In this document: in pieces, positions 28,028 to 41,600 of the stretch
How positions within the stretch are numbered: the first letter of the stretch is position 1
Layout of the letters: each line of letters begins with the position of its first letter
Assembly (NCBI RefSeq): GCF_009914755.1
Contig: NC_060928.1
Direction: 5' to 3' (one strand)
Source of the DNA: the human T2T-CHM13v2.0 reference genome, Homo sapiens
Length of the DNA: 64,000 bases
Notes under the pieces: model-generated
Databases searched by the model: none
Seen by the model: only the letters and a program-made list of their open reading frames with translations
What the model was told of the DNA's origin: nothing
Position numbers and translations under genes: made by a program

Positions 28028-28152
28028 CTGGAGAGAGGTCTGGGCTGGAGATATAAATTTGGAAATCAACAGCGTATACAGACACAAGGAAAGAAAACAT
28101 TTCAGAAAGAGGGGGTATAATCAGCTTGTTCAAGTGATTCTGATTGGCCAAG
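28028..28152 (-). repeat. 125-bp inverted repeat, arm B
   Basis: See arm A. Confidence 0.92.
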
Positions 28153-28832
28153 TAAGATGAAGATTGGAAATTGACCAATGGATCGGTGACTTGGCAAGGT
28201 CAGTTTGGGAGGAGTGGTAGTGATGAAAGCTTATGTGGAACAAATTCAAGAAAAAAACAGAAGAGAGAGGAATTAGAGATTGTTGTGCACAGACAACTCT
28301 TGCAAGAGGTTTTGCTGGCCAGGGGAACAGAAATACAAGTGAAGTAGTGGCTGGATGTTTTCCAAAACATGAAACTTAGTTTTCATAGGAAAAAAATGGT
28401 TTTTCTTTTTCTACTTATTCAATTTTGTGCACAATTTCATTACATTATATAAGTAAAAACCACAAGCACGAACATGTTTATAAATAGGTAAATAAATAAC
28501 AAAGTAGATAGAAACAAAAATTCTCAGGTGTGCAAAAGAGTAGTTTATTAGCTGTGTAGAAGACAGAAAACTTGCTTTTATAGAGGGAATGAATAGTGTT
28601 GATTAGTATAGTGAGTCAGTTAAATAGGTATCAGTTGAATTTTTTGAGACAATAAGTACATTTAGAATTGGCTAGGCATTATTCTTCCATTAAAGGAAAC
28701 TCTTAGTAATAGATTAGGTCAGAAAACCACAAAGACAGTTTTCTTGAATAAGGGGGTGGTGGGAAAAAATGGATGTAAGATGCTGAGAAAAAACAGGAAA
28801 CTCAACAATAGATGAAATCAAGAATTAGTTTC

Positions 28833-28850
28833 GTGTGTGTGTGTGTGTGT
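28833..28850. repeat. (GT)n microsatellite
   Basis: Direct reading. Confidence 0.85.
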
Positions 28851-31154
28851 ATTTCACAGAAAAGGGCTGAAAGGGGAGGAATGGTTATATTCACAGATTT
28901 TTGTAGTTGATCTTAATAGGGAATAGGAGATTACCTTTTTTTCAGCAAAATATTACCAGCAAATGTCTACTCTGGAAATAGAGGATAAGAATCTTCTATT
29001 TAAAGACCAAAAAGGTGAAAACTGAGGTCAGAAATTTAAAGAGTAAATGTAGCAAGATGCTAACATTCTTGTTCCCTCTAATAACTCTTCTTTTTTAAAA
29101 ATTATAAAAGTAAAACATGCCCATTGAAGAATATTTGGATGAATACAAAAATATAGAAAAGAATGTAAAATCGCTTAAGCCCCCAAGTAGAATTCTAAAT
29201 AGCGGAGAAACCCACGATTTAAAAAAATAAATAAGGAGATCCACAAAAGGAAGATATATACCTGCTTAAGTGGACGGCCTCAGCATAAGTAGTCTTACAG
29301 TTACAATTAATTTTTTTTCTATTATGCGATGTTTTAAAAAATTGCTAAGCTCAGTTGTCTACTCCCTGCTAGAATGTATCAAACATGCTGCATCCACATA
29401 GTAGACAGTTATTCTACATTTTTGGTCTTTGGATGTTTTGAAGCAATTAGCAAAGTTTGATTTGAAGAGACATTATAAATTTCCGACGGCATATTTTTCT
29501 CTGGCCATGATCCATATTTGCCTTGATATTGTCCAAATGTTCATTTTATCTTATGACTATCAAGCAAATATTATAAAGTTATTTGTGAATTTGGCACTTC
29601 ATAGATGAAATATTGTGAAATTCTGAATAAAACTGCTTCATTGATTATCTTGGTTCCTAAAAGAGATAGTTTATGAGTTAAATTATCTCTAACGGTGTCT
29701 AAGTTGGCAGTAATTAAATCTCCATGGGAATTCTTAATAAAGGCAAAGAAGGACTGAAAACACCTTGCTGAAACTGAGAGAGATTTAAAACCACAAAAAA
29801 AATGTAAGATTTAGTTAGTTGTTCACGTTTTGGGGTCCTGCTTTTATGTGTTAATACTTCCAGATAAAATTTTTTCAAAGGTAGTTTTGAACCCCAGGAT
29901 CTGAATATATTAATTTGTTTATCTCTGAAAACTGTATACTTTGTGTTTCCCAGGTCTGGCTTTCTTCATTTTTCCTACTTGAGGGAACTCCTTTTCCTCC
30001 TTCAATATCCTCATATCCTCCTTCAATGTTTCTCAGTCAATATCTCCTCTCAATTTTTCCACTTAAAAATTAAAAATTAAATTATTAACATTTTAAATAC
30101 ACTGAAATGTTCATGGAATAGTAGTACAAATACCCATTTACCCACCACATGGAGTTAATAGACAATAAAAATTTGCCATATTTGTTTTACATCTTTTTTC
30201 TAGTTTTTAAAGAAATAACATGTTACAAATAAAATCGAAATACTCTTTCCGCCGATTTTCTTTTCTCCTGTCTCAGAGGCAAATACTGCTACTTGCTTCT
30301 CTTGTATCTTTTTAGAAATATTCTCTGCATATATAAGCATATATCCATATATTTTTCCACACATAGTATCTCTTCTGTGTCTTAGTTTTTTTCATTCTAC
30401 AATGTATCTTGATGATCAGTGTAGCTTTGTTTCATTCTAATAATTATATAGATTCCACTTTACAAATTTACTATACTTTGGACTTGTATCTATGAACGTT
30501 TCGATTGTTTTAAACCTTTGGCAACATTACAGACAATGCTGCAATGAAATCCTTCTGTATGTATACATACGTGGATGTGTGTATAAGATATAATTCTGGA
30601 AGTAGAATTGCTAAGTTAAAGCATATGCTACTTAATTTTGAAAAAATTGTCGAACTTCTCTTCACAAGGCAATTATCTTCTTGAGGTAATGAGAACTCCT
30701 ATTTCCCCATACCCATACTACCCAGAGTATCTTCAGATTTTCTGATTTTTGCTGGTCTGATAAGGGAACGTTACCTCAGTTTAATCTTTATTTGCATTTA
30801 CTATGTGTTTTTGCCCTGTAGAGTGAATTTTACTTTTCTACCTAACAATATATTTTTGTGATTTTAATGACATTACTTTTGAGATTTACCCATGCTAATA
30901 TATAAACTCTGGTTCTGCAATTTTAAGTGCTATGTAGTATCCTATTGAATGACCATACTACTCATTTATTTATTATTATCTACTTGTTAATTAGTCTGTT
31001 ATCTTTTTTGTCAGTTTTTGTGGGCATAAACAATGCTAAAGCATACATGTCTACTTGCGCATATGATTTTTTCCCAGTGTGTTTAATAGAATGACTAAGG
31101 TAGAATGACTAAAGTTCTGAGGTGTGGCAGGTATGCCATCTTCACCTTTACTGG

Positions 31155-31598
31155 GTATGCTAGTGTGCTGCAGCTGCCGTGATAAAGTACTACAAGCTGG
31201 GTGGCTTCAACAATAGCATTGTACTGTCTCACAGTTCTGGAGGCTGGAAGTCTAAAATCAAGGTGTCAGAAGGGTCGGTGCCTTCTGAAGGTGTGAGAGA
31301 GAATCTGCTTCGTGCCCTCTTCCAAGCTTCTAGTAACCTCAGGTGTTCCTTGTCTTGTTGATGGTGTTGTCCCAGTGTCTTCATATTGTCTTCTCTCTGT
31401 TTGTGTTTGTGTTTGTCTCTATGCCCAAATTTCCCCTTTTCATAAGGACCCAGTCGTATGGGATTAGGGCTTACCCTAATGATCTCATCTTAACTTGATC
31501 ATCTGTAAAACCTTATTTCCAAATAAGGTCATTTTCTGAGGTACTGGGTGTTAGGATTTCAACATCGTTTGGGGGGGTAAAATTCAATCAATAACAAC
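31155..31598 (-). mobile_element. MaLR LTR (MLT1-like)
   Basis: tctcacagttctggaggctggaagtctaaaatcaaggtgtcag.. ccttatttccaaataaggtc.. Confidence 0.7.
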
Positions 31599-31684
31599 AG
31601 GTATACCAGTTAAGATGTTTTTGGCTGCAACTAACAGAACATTCAACTGAAAAGGTTTAAAATATATTGTAAATTTTAAACAAA

Positions 31685-31945
<261 letters not shown>

Positions 31946-33335
31946 TCACAAGATTGCTGCATTATGTCCTCATATACCTGGAACAGAGGGCAGGGAGAGG
32001 GGCAAGAGCACACCCCCATTTCAAGTCTCTTTTCATCCCAAAGTAACATATTTCCCAGCAGCCCTCTTTCAACCCTCTCTAGGCTTCTCCTTAAATTTCA
32101 CTGGCCAGAATTGGGCCACACGGTTACCCAAAGGTATAAAAGAGGCTTGAGAAGTGAGAATTTGATATTTTGAATCATAATAGGAGACATGCTTTGCCAA
32201 TAGGAAAGAAGGGTAAAAGAAATCTTCTGGAGAGTACGGAACCAACGGCGTCTGCCACATTGCATATGGCCAAATGGTCACCAAATTTGTTGTATCACTT
32301 TATTTTCACAAAATTGGTGTAAAGTCCTCATTGCTATTCATCCTCGTCATCATTCGGAATTCTCAAATTTAAAAAATGCCCATTTCCTTGTTGTTTTATT
32401 TTTTTAATTCCCTGATCATTAACATAAGTAATTATCTTTTTATGTGTTTATTTGTCATTCAGGTTTCTTCTGTGAAAAGCCTATTTCTGTCTTTTGCTTG
32501 TTCTTATGTTGAATTGTCTCTACACATTCAGGATTCTAATCTTCTGTCAGTTATGTGGATTGCAAATAAAGTCTCCCAGTCTATGGCTTAACTCTTGACA
32601 CTATATTTATCACGTCCCTTATTTACTAAAGATTTAAATATGATCAAATTTATGTTTTCTTTTAGGGTTGTGCCTTTTGTATCTTATTTAAGAACTGATT
32701 TCTTTAATGTGAGATCACAAAAGGGTTATAAATATTCTAAAAATGTTAAACTTTTGCTTTTCATAGTTAGATCTTTGATCCACTTGGAATTTATCTTTGT
32801 GTGTGGTGAAATTAGGAAGCCCATTTCATTTTTCCCCAGATGGATAGTCAGTTGTGTAAGTGCTGTTTATCAAATAATCCATCCTTTATCGAGGGTTTTC
32901 TGATGCCACTTCTGTTGCATCTTGTGTTTCTTTATGTATGTCAGTTTATTTCTGGACTCTCCAATCTGTTTTATGGTCTGTTTGTCGCTATACCACTGCC
33001 ACGTTGTTTAAATTACTAATGCTTTGATATCCAATAGAACATGTCTGCTTTCTGTTACGGGAGATAAATTTACATTTTTAAGAAGTTTATATAAATGGAA
33101 TACATATCATTTACTCTTTTGTGTCTGAGTTGTATGTCTTTGTCATGATGTTTTTGTGATTCATCCATGTTGTATGTATTAATAGCTTGTTCCTTTTTAT
33201 TATTGGGTCTATTGTGTGTATATATCACAATTTGTTTATTTATCTATTGATAGACATTTGGCTTGTAGTCACTTTTTGGATACAATGAATAGAGGTTCTA
33301 TGAACATTAGTGTACAAGTTATTGTATGGACATAC

Positions 33336-33900
33336 TGACAGAGCAGGAGCACAGTCCTCTTGGACAAACACTGCCACTTTAAGTTCCAGCTCCATTTTTA
33401 GCCTCATGCATCTCAGGGAAATCACTTCTCTTCTAACTACAAGTAGCCAGAAAGAGCAAACAGTAAACCACAGATAAAACAGCTCAGGCACAGAGGGAGG
33501 AGGGAGAAAAGTCTCTTGGGTAACTGCCACACTTCACCCTCATACAGTGGGCCCCAGTAAAACAGTGGGCGTTAATAAACACATTATTTTCCCTTCAGGT
33601 GCACTAAAATAGGGAAGCTAAAAGCAGACTCGGGGGGTATGCCTGCAGCTGCAGAAAAATGTATAAAAACAGACACACAACTCTCCCTCCAAAATAAGCA
33701 CAACAAAAAACACAAAAGCAGTCCAAGCCTCTAATAAACTCTCCTATCCTAAATCCTTAAAAACTCTTAGTCTGTAAGAGAGTGTGCTGTTGACCTAGCT
33801 CAGCCAAAAGCTCCTCACAGGTTCGTTTTCTCTAAAATAAACCTGTCTTAACTGGCAAGCCACCTTTCGTGTTTTTTTTCCTCTTTCTTTAATTCTTACA
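33336..33900 (+). mobile_element. MER41-family (ERV1) solo LTR inserted in an old L1
   Basis: TGACAGAGCAGGAGC.. to ..ctttaattcttaCA; flanking direct repeat catac (33331-33335 / 33901-33905); AATAAA motifs. Confidence 0.7.
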
Positions 33901-34249
33901 CATACTGTTTTATTTCTCTTGAGTGAACACCCAGAAATAGAATAGCAGAGCCATATGGTACATAAGTTGATTAGCTTTTTGAGAAACCACCAAACTGTTT
34001 TATAAGGCAATTGTATAGTTTTACATGTGTAGCATCAGTGTGTGAATATTCTAGTTGTTCTACGTCCTTGTTAACATTTGGTATTGTCAGACTTTTAAAT
34101 TTTAGCCATCTAAAAATTTATAGTGTTATTTTATGGTGGTTATAGTTTGCATTTCCCCCATGACTAATGATGCTGAGGATCATCTCATAGGCTTTTTGAA
34201 GTATGTGTTCAAATCTTTTGCCCATCTTTAAAAATTAGGGTTTTTGTTT

Positions 34250-37200
34250 TGTACAAATACTTGGAAATTAAGCAACATACTCCAGAATGACCAATGGGTC
34301 AATGAAGAAATTAAGAAAAATAAAAAAACTTACTGAAAATGATGAAAACATGTCTAACAAATAAAAATTGATACACAACATACCAAAATCTATGGAATAC
34401 AGTAAAAGCAGTACTAGGAGGAAAGTTCATAGTAATGATTGCCTACGTCAAAAAAGTAGAAAGATTTAAAACAACTTAACAGTGAACCTCAGGAAACTAT
34501 AAAAGCAAAACAACAACAACAAAACCCCCAAACTCCAAATTAGTAGAAGGAAGTAAATAATAAAGATCAGAACAGAAATAAATGAAATAGGTTGGAAAAG
34601 TAATACAAAAGATCAACAAAATGAAAAGTTGTTTTTTAAAAAAAATTGACTAAGCATTACCTAGACTAACTAAGAAAAAAGAGGGAAGAACCAAATAAAT
34701 GAAAAAGGAGATGTTACAATTGATACCACAAAAATATAAAGGATCGTAAGAGACTATTATGAACACCAATAAATTGGAAAGCCCAGAGGAGATGGATAAA
34801 TTTCTGGGCACCTACAACCTACCAAGATTGAACCAGGATGAGATACAAAATCCGAATAGACCAATAACAATTATTGAGGAACCTCAATAATAATTTTTAT
34901 TAAACAACAATAAAAAGTTTCCCAATTAAAAAAAAAAGCTCAGGACTGGATGGCTTTACTGCTGGATTCTACCAAACTTTGAAAAATAACTACCAATTCT
35001 TCTCAAACTATTCCAAAAAATTGAAGGGAAGAGAATTCTTCCAAACTCATTCTATAAGGCCAGAATTAACCTGATACAAAACCAGACAAGGATACAACAA
35101 CAAAAAAAGAATTTTGCAGGCCAGTATCCCTGATGAACATAAATGGAAAGTTCCTCAACAAAATACTAGCAAACTGAATCCAACAGCACATTAATAAGTT
35201 TATTTACTAAAACCAGGTGGGATTCATTCCAGGGATGCAAGAGTGGTTCAACATACGCAAATCAACAAACATAATACATCCCATCAACGGAATGAAGGAC
35301 AAAAATCATATGATCACCACAATAGATGCAGAAAAACAGTTGATAAAATTCAACATCCCTCCATGATAAAAACTCTCAAACAATTAGGTTTAGAAGAAGG
35401 AACACACTTCATCTTAATAAAGGCCATATATGACAAATCCACAGCTAATATTGTACCAAACAGGGAAATGTTGGAAGTTTTTTCTCTAAAAACTGGAACA
35501 AGATAAGGATGCTTACCCTCACTACTCTCATTCCACATAGTACTGGAAGTTCTAGCCAGAGCAATTAGGCAACAGAAAGAAATAAAAGACATCCAAATTT
35601 GGAAGGAATAAGTCAAATTGACCATGTTTGCAGATGACATCCTCTTACCTATAGAAAAATCTAAAGACTCCACCAAAAAACTCTTAGAATTGATATACAA
35701 ATTCAGTAAAGTTGTGAGATACAAAATCAACATACAAAAATCAGTAGCATTTCTATACACCAATAATAAACTATCTGTAAAAGGAACCCCACTTACAATA
35801 GCTACCCCCCAAAAAAAACCTCCACCTAGGAGTAAATTTAACCAAAGAGGTGAAAGATCTCTAGAATAAAGACTACAGAACACTAATAAAAGAAATTGAA
35901 GAGGACATAAAAAATTGGATAGATATCCCATGTTCATGGATTGGAAAAATTAATATTGTTAAGATTCCATACTACCCAAAGGAATCTACAGATTCAGTGC
36001 AATCTCTATCGAATTTTCAATGGCATTTTTCACAGAAATGGAAAAAAAGATTCTTAAATTTGTTAGGAACCATAAAAGACCCCAAATAGCCAAAGCAATT
36101 GTTTGTTTTATTTTATTTTATTTTATTTTATTTTATTTTATTTTATTTTATTTTATTTCACTTCATTTCATTTTATTTTTGAGACAGTCTCCCTCTGTCA
36201 CACAGGTTGGAGTGCAGTTGCATGATCTCAGCTCACTGCAATCTCTCCCTCCTGGGTTCAAGCAATTCTCCTGCTTCAGCCACCTCAGTAGCTAGAATTA
36301 CAGACATGCACTACCATGCCCTATTTTTAGTAGAGATAGGGTTTCACCATGTTGGCCAGGCTGGTCTCAAACTCCTGACCTCAAGTGATCCACCTGCCTC
36401 AGCCTCCCAAAGTGCTGGTATTACAGGCATGAGCCTCTGCTCCTAGCCAAGCCAAAGCAATTCTGAGCAAAAAGAACTGGAGGGATCACACTACTTTACT
36501 TTAAAATATAATACTATAGTAAAACAGCATTGTATTGGCATTAAAGCAACACATAAATCAATGGAACAGAATAGAGAACCCAGAAATAAATTCACATATT
36601 TATGGCCTATTGATTTTCTGCAACAGCACTAAGAACATAAACTGAAGAAAGGACACCTTTTTCAATAAATATTGCTGGGGAAACTGGATATTCATATGCA
36701 GAAGAATGAAACTAGAGCCCCATCTATCATAATATAAAAAAGTAACTCAAAACGAATCAAAGACTTAAGTGTAAGACCCCAAATTATGAAACTACTAAGA
36801 GAAAACATAAGGAAAATGTTCTGAGCAAAGATTTTATGGATAAGACCTCCAAAACACAGTCAACAAAGGCAAAAATAGACTAATGGGATTACATCAAACT
36901 AAACATTTCTGTGCAGCAAAGTAAACAATCAACAGAGTCATGTGACAAACTACAGAATGGGATAAAATATTTGCAAACGGTTTCTCTGACAAGGAATTAA
37001 TATCTAGAATATACAAGGAACTTAACAGCAAAAAGCCAAATAATCTGATTTTTAAAATCGGCAATTGATCTGAACAGACGTTTCTCAAAAGAAGACATAA
37101 AATGGCCACTAAGTATTTGAAACAGTGCTCTATGTGACTAATGATTAGGGAAATGCAAATCAAAATCACAGTGAGATATTATCTCACGCCAGCTAGAATG

Positions 37201-38660
37201 GCTATCATCAAAAAGAAGAAAAAATAACAAAGCTAGCAAGAATGCAGATAAAAGGAAACTTAAAACATTTCAGCTTTTACTTTAGATTCAGGGGTTACAT
37301 GTGCAGGTGTATTGCATGATGTTGAGGTTTCAGAATATGATTGAACCCATCTCCCAGGTGGTGAGCATAGTACCCAATATGTGGTTTTGCAACCCTTCCT
37401 TCCTCCTTCCCTCCCTCCTCTTATACTCCCAGTGCCTAGCATTCCTATTTTTATGTCCATGCGTACCCAATGTTTAGCTCCCACTTATAAGTGAGAAATG
37501 TAGTATTTGGTTTTCTGTTTCTGCGTTAACTTGTTTAGGATAATGGCCTCCAGCTGCATTCATGTTGCTGCAAAATACATGATTTCATTCTTCTTTTTGT
37601 GGCTGCATGGTATTCCATGGTGTATACGTACCACCACATTTTCTTTATCCAATCTGCCATTATTGGGCATCTAGGTTGATTCCATGTCTTTGCTACTGTG
37701 AATAGTGCTGTAATGAACATATAAGTGCATGTCTTTTTTTTGGTAGAACAATTTATTTTCCTGTGGGCCATATACCCAGTAGTGGGATTTCTGGGTTGAA
37801 TGGTAATTCAGTTTTTATTAATAGTTCTTTAAGAAATCTCCAAAGTGATATTCACAGCGGTTGAACTAATTTACATTCCCACCAACAGTGTATAAGCGAC
37901 AAAGAAAATTCTCACACATTGTTGGTAGGAATGTAAATTAGTACAGCTATTATGGAAAGCAGTGTGGAAGTTCCTTAACAGGCTAAAAATAGAACTACCA
38001 TATGATCCAGTAATCTCGCTACTGGACCTATATCCAAAGAAAATAAAATCATATGTCGAAGAGATACCTGCACTCCCATCTTTACTGTAGTTTCATTTAT
38101 AATAATGAAGATATGGAATCCACCGAAGTGTCTATCAACAGATGAAGAGATAAAGAAAATGTGGGATATATAGACAATGGAATGCAGCCATAAAAGAGAA
38201 TGAAATCCTATCATTGGTGGCAACATGGATGAGCCTGGAGGACATTATGTTAAGTGATATAAGCCAGGCACAGAAAGACAAGTTTCATATATTCTCACTT
38301 ACATGTGGGAGCTAAAAAAGTTGATCTCAGAGAAGTAGAGAGTAGAATAGTGGTTACTAGAAGCTGAGAAGGGTAGGGAGACAGAGATTGATCAATGAAT
38401 ACAAAATTATATATATGGATAGAGGAAATAAGTTTTAGTTTTAGTGTTCTATAGCATTGTAGGGTGACTATAGTGAACAATAACTTATTGTATATTTTCA
38501 AGTACTGAGAGGAGAAAATTTTGTACATTACCAGCACAAAGAAATGATAAACCTTTGAGATAATGGATATGCCAATTACACAGATTCGATCATTATGCAT
38601 TGTATGCACGTATTGAAATGTCACTTCACCCCATAAATATGTGCAATTACATGTCATTTA
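34250..38660 (+). mobile_element. Old L1 (L1M/L1PB-like) ORF2 to 3'UTR, with nested Alu and an antisense L1 3' fragment (~37270-37895)
   Basis: Degenerate ORF2 RT motifs (MFADDILL.., QHPSMIKTL..); strand switch at ~37270 and ~37895. Confidence 0.85.
36102..36448 (-). mobile_element. Alu with (TTTTA)n tail nested in L1
   Basis: TSD agccaaagcaatt on both sides. Confidence 0.9.
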
Positions 38661-41600
38661 AAAGTGATAAGAAAAATTAGTTTTTTTGATCTTATTATTG
38701 ACTCGTAGGAAGCTTATATATTCTGAAAAGAAGTCCATTTTCAGATGTGTACTAAAAATATTTTCTTTCATTTTATGACTTACCTTTCCATTTTCTTTAA
38801 TGGAAACTTTTAAAAACTTTTAAAAAACAAAGTTTTAAAAAAATCTAGTTAAGGTCCAGTTTGTTAACTTTTTTCTAATATGGCTTGTGACGCTTATTCC
38901 TTCTGCCTAGAATGTTCCTGGGATGTTTGTGGAGCTAAGTCCCTCGCTTCCTTCAATTCTTTACTCAAATATGTCCACCCTATTTAATGTCAACTGTCCA
39001 CCGTATTTAATGCCACCCTATTTAATATCACTAACACCTCCTCCCCCCTCACTCTTGACATTCATTCTAGTCTATTTTACATTTTTTTCTCATAGAACTT
39101 ATAAATTTCTAGCATGCTTTATAACTTACATATTCATTATGTTTATTGTTTATTGTCCGTCTTTGTTCCAGTAAAATGTAAACTCCTAGAAGAACAGAGA
39201 CCTGTGTTTTGTTCACTGATGTACCCTAAGTGCTCACAAGTGTTTCTAGCACCTAGTATTTGCTCAATAAATATTTGCTAGGTTGATGAATTAATGATTT
39301 CTAAGCTTTCCTTCAGCCTGAAGAGTTTTCTGATTGTAAGATTCTACTTAGATAATCCTAATTGTCTCAGTGACTCTCACCAGTCACTCACTTCTCCCAC
39401 AAGGTGGCAGTCTTTACCTTCAACACAGGTTCTGGTAGCCTCAAATTTGAGAATTAATAGCTGAGTTAACCTGCTTGTTTTCTTTGAGCCCAGACAGCCT
39501 GCCCTATGGGAACTGACAGCTGTAAAATTTAAAGGACGAGTGTAATTACCCTGCAAGATCTGAGTGCTTTTAGGCAAGAGGATTTAGGGGGTGAGAGTTT
39601 TCCTGGAGAGGGACACATTATGAAGGTGATATTGCTTAATTGATGGGGACTTTGAAACATAGTTGCTCTTTGTGAGAATGGTATAGGTTTAGAGAGAGGT
39701 GCTAGCACAGAGCTGTGACACCTGAAGTAGGCTGACAGCAGACAAATTGGATTTAACCACCAAATATATCTGTGTTTTCATGTCTTCCTGCCCCGTGCCC
39801 TCTTATCTGACTCACTTTACCCCAGCACTGGGGAATAACTGTGCCCTATTCTGGTCCTGACCCTTTTGTACCATCTAGGGAAATGAGAACTCCTCTTGGG
39901 GTCTCAGATCCTCATTTCTGTTAGAACCAATCCTATTCTGTGGGTAGGGCCATGGTTGTAAATTTCCTGTGGGAGGCAGCATTGCTTTGCAAAAAGAACA
40001 CAGTTTGGCATGTGAGGCAGCTCTGCCACTTGGACAAGGTGATAACGCTTTAGTCTCTTTATTTCTAAAACAGGGAAGATGCTAATACCCCGCCCATGGA
40101 CTAGTATGAGATTTAAATGGCAGGTACTTGGCACAGTGGCAGGTGGTGAATGCTCTTTGGTGATCATGACTATCCCTTTCTCCTGGTAGTGCTGCCTCCT
40201 CCCTCTGAGCACCTGGAGTCAATCCACCTTGGGTAGGTCAGAGAAGGCAGAAGAAAGTGGTGGGAGGTGAACTCGACGGAATGATGTACAGGGCGATAGG
40301 GTGAGTGAGAGGTCTGGGATCTATTGGCAGGAGCAGAATGGTAGGAAAGGGAAAACATGCCATTGACCTTGAATCTTGACATTTGTGCCCATCCTATGCT
40401 GTGTTGAGCCTCAGGTCACCGTTTGCGGAGGTGAGCAGAAAACTGCTAACAGATCGAGGCTTCTCCAGCCTTCTAGGTAAACTTTCATCAGTGGGTTAGT
40501 TGTCTTGTTCAGAAGCTGATCACGGAGCTTTGGCCAAGCATAAACACTGATTATGGCAGTCCAATTGTCATAATCCCTTTGATTCTTTAATATCACCTTC
40601 AAGATTGTTTGTTATTGTCAATGCCCCCACAACCTAAGACCACCAGGAACACACTGTAATTGAAAAAGGTGGGTTTGTTGCTCTCTGCAAGAAGGGAGGA
40701 CACTCAGCATAGAGACTCATGAGGGTGGGGCAGGTTTTATCCGATGACGTTAGAAAGGACTTACTGAGGATTTGGGCTTGTTTTAGGAGATTTGGGGGAA
40801 AGGTTCAAGGAGACTGGCTTTTCCTGGATGCTGCCAGGAAGTAGTGGGATGGTAGTAAGTCTGTGGTAGGATGTTTAAATAAATTTCCTCTACTGGGCTG
40901 GAAGAATGAGAAGGCTGAAGCTGTAATAAGTAAAGAAGTGGCAGTCACTCCTATCAGCTATGATAAAAGGATGTTTGGCTATTACTTTATGGTTTGGATG
41001 CTATTTTTGCTTGTGTTCACATCATGGTCTATCATGGTGATAGGCCACGTACACAGTGGCCTTGTCTGATGCTGGTGTCCCATGGAGTTGATTATGCTCA
41101 GCTGAAGGACACTAAGGCCCAACTGTGGGGGCCAGGCCAGCTCCTGAGTGTCAGCGGGGGCTGCACTGCTTTGTCATTATCAACATCTCCACATACAATA
41201 CAGCCTGTGCATGTGAGGTCCCAGAAGGAAGGAGCTAAAGCAGCTAGACTGGGATCACTTTACTCAATTTGAGGAGAGGAGTGCTCTTGAGGGAACCAGA
41301 GGAAGGCAGATGAGCTGGTCTGATCTCCTTTTCTATTGGAGCTCTATGCAGATAGACTGAAAATATTTGCTAAAACAAAGAGCTCCATCTCTAGAATACC
41401 CTTAGCAGGATGTCCTTGATTAAAGGATTATTTCTGAAAACTAAATCCAGAATCCGTGAGGCATGATTCCCTGGAAGATCATGTAAGCTGTACAATTCTC
41501 TATGGAATAAATTGGAGACTTCATCCCTTAGATCCCTTTGACTGTGTGAGGAACCCCACGAAACCTCACTTAGTGACTTTATTCATTCTTCTGGGCCTGA

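Noticed and set aside
26576-28178. Two near-identical peptides as a paralogous gene pair
   Set aside because: They are the two arms of the 125-bp inverted duplication, which is reported as a repeat.
38971-39030. Small tandem duplications (ccaccctatttaat x3 here; also 26306-26349 and ~46502-46538)
   Set aside because: Ordinary slippage-scale repeats with no sign of function.
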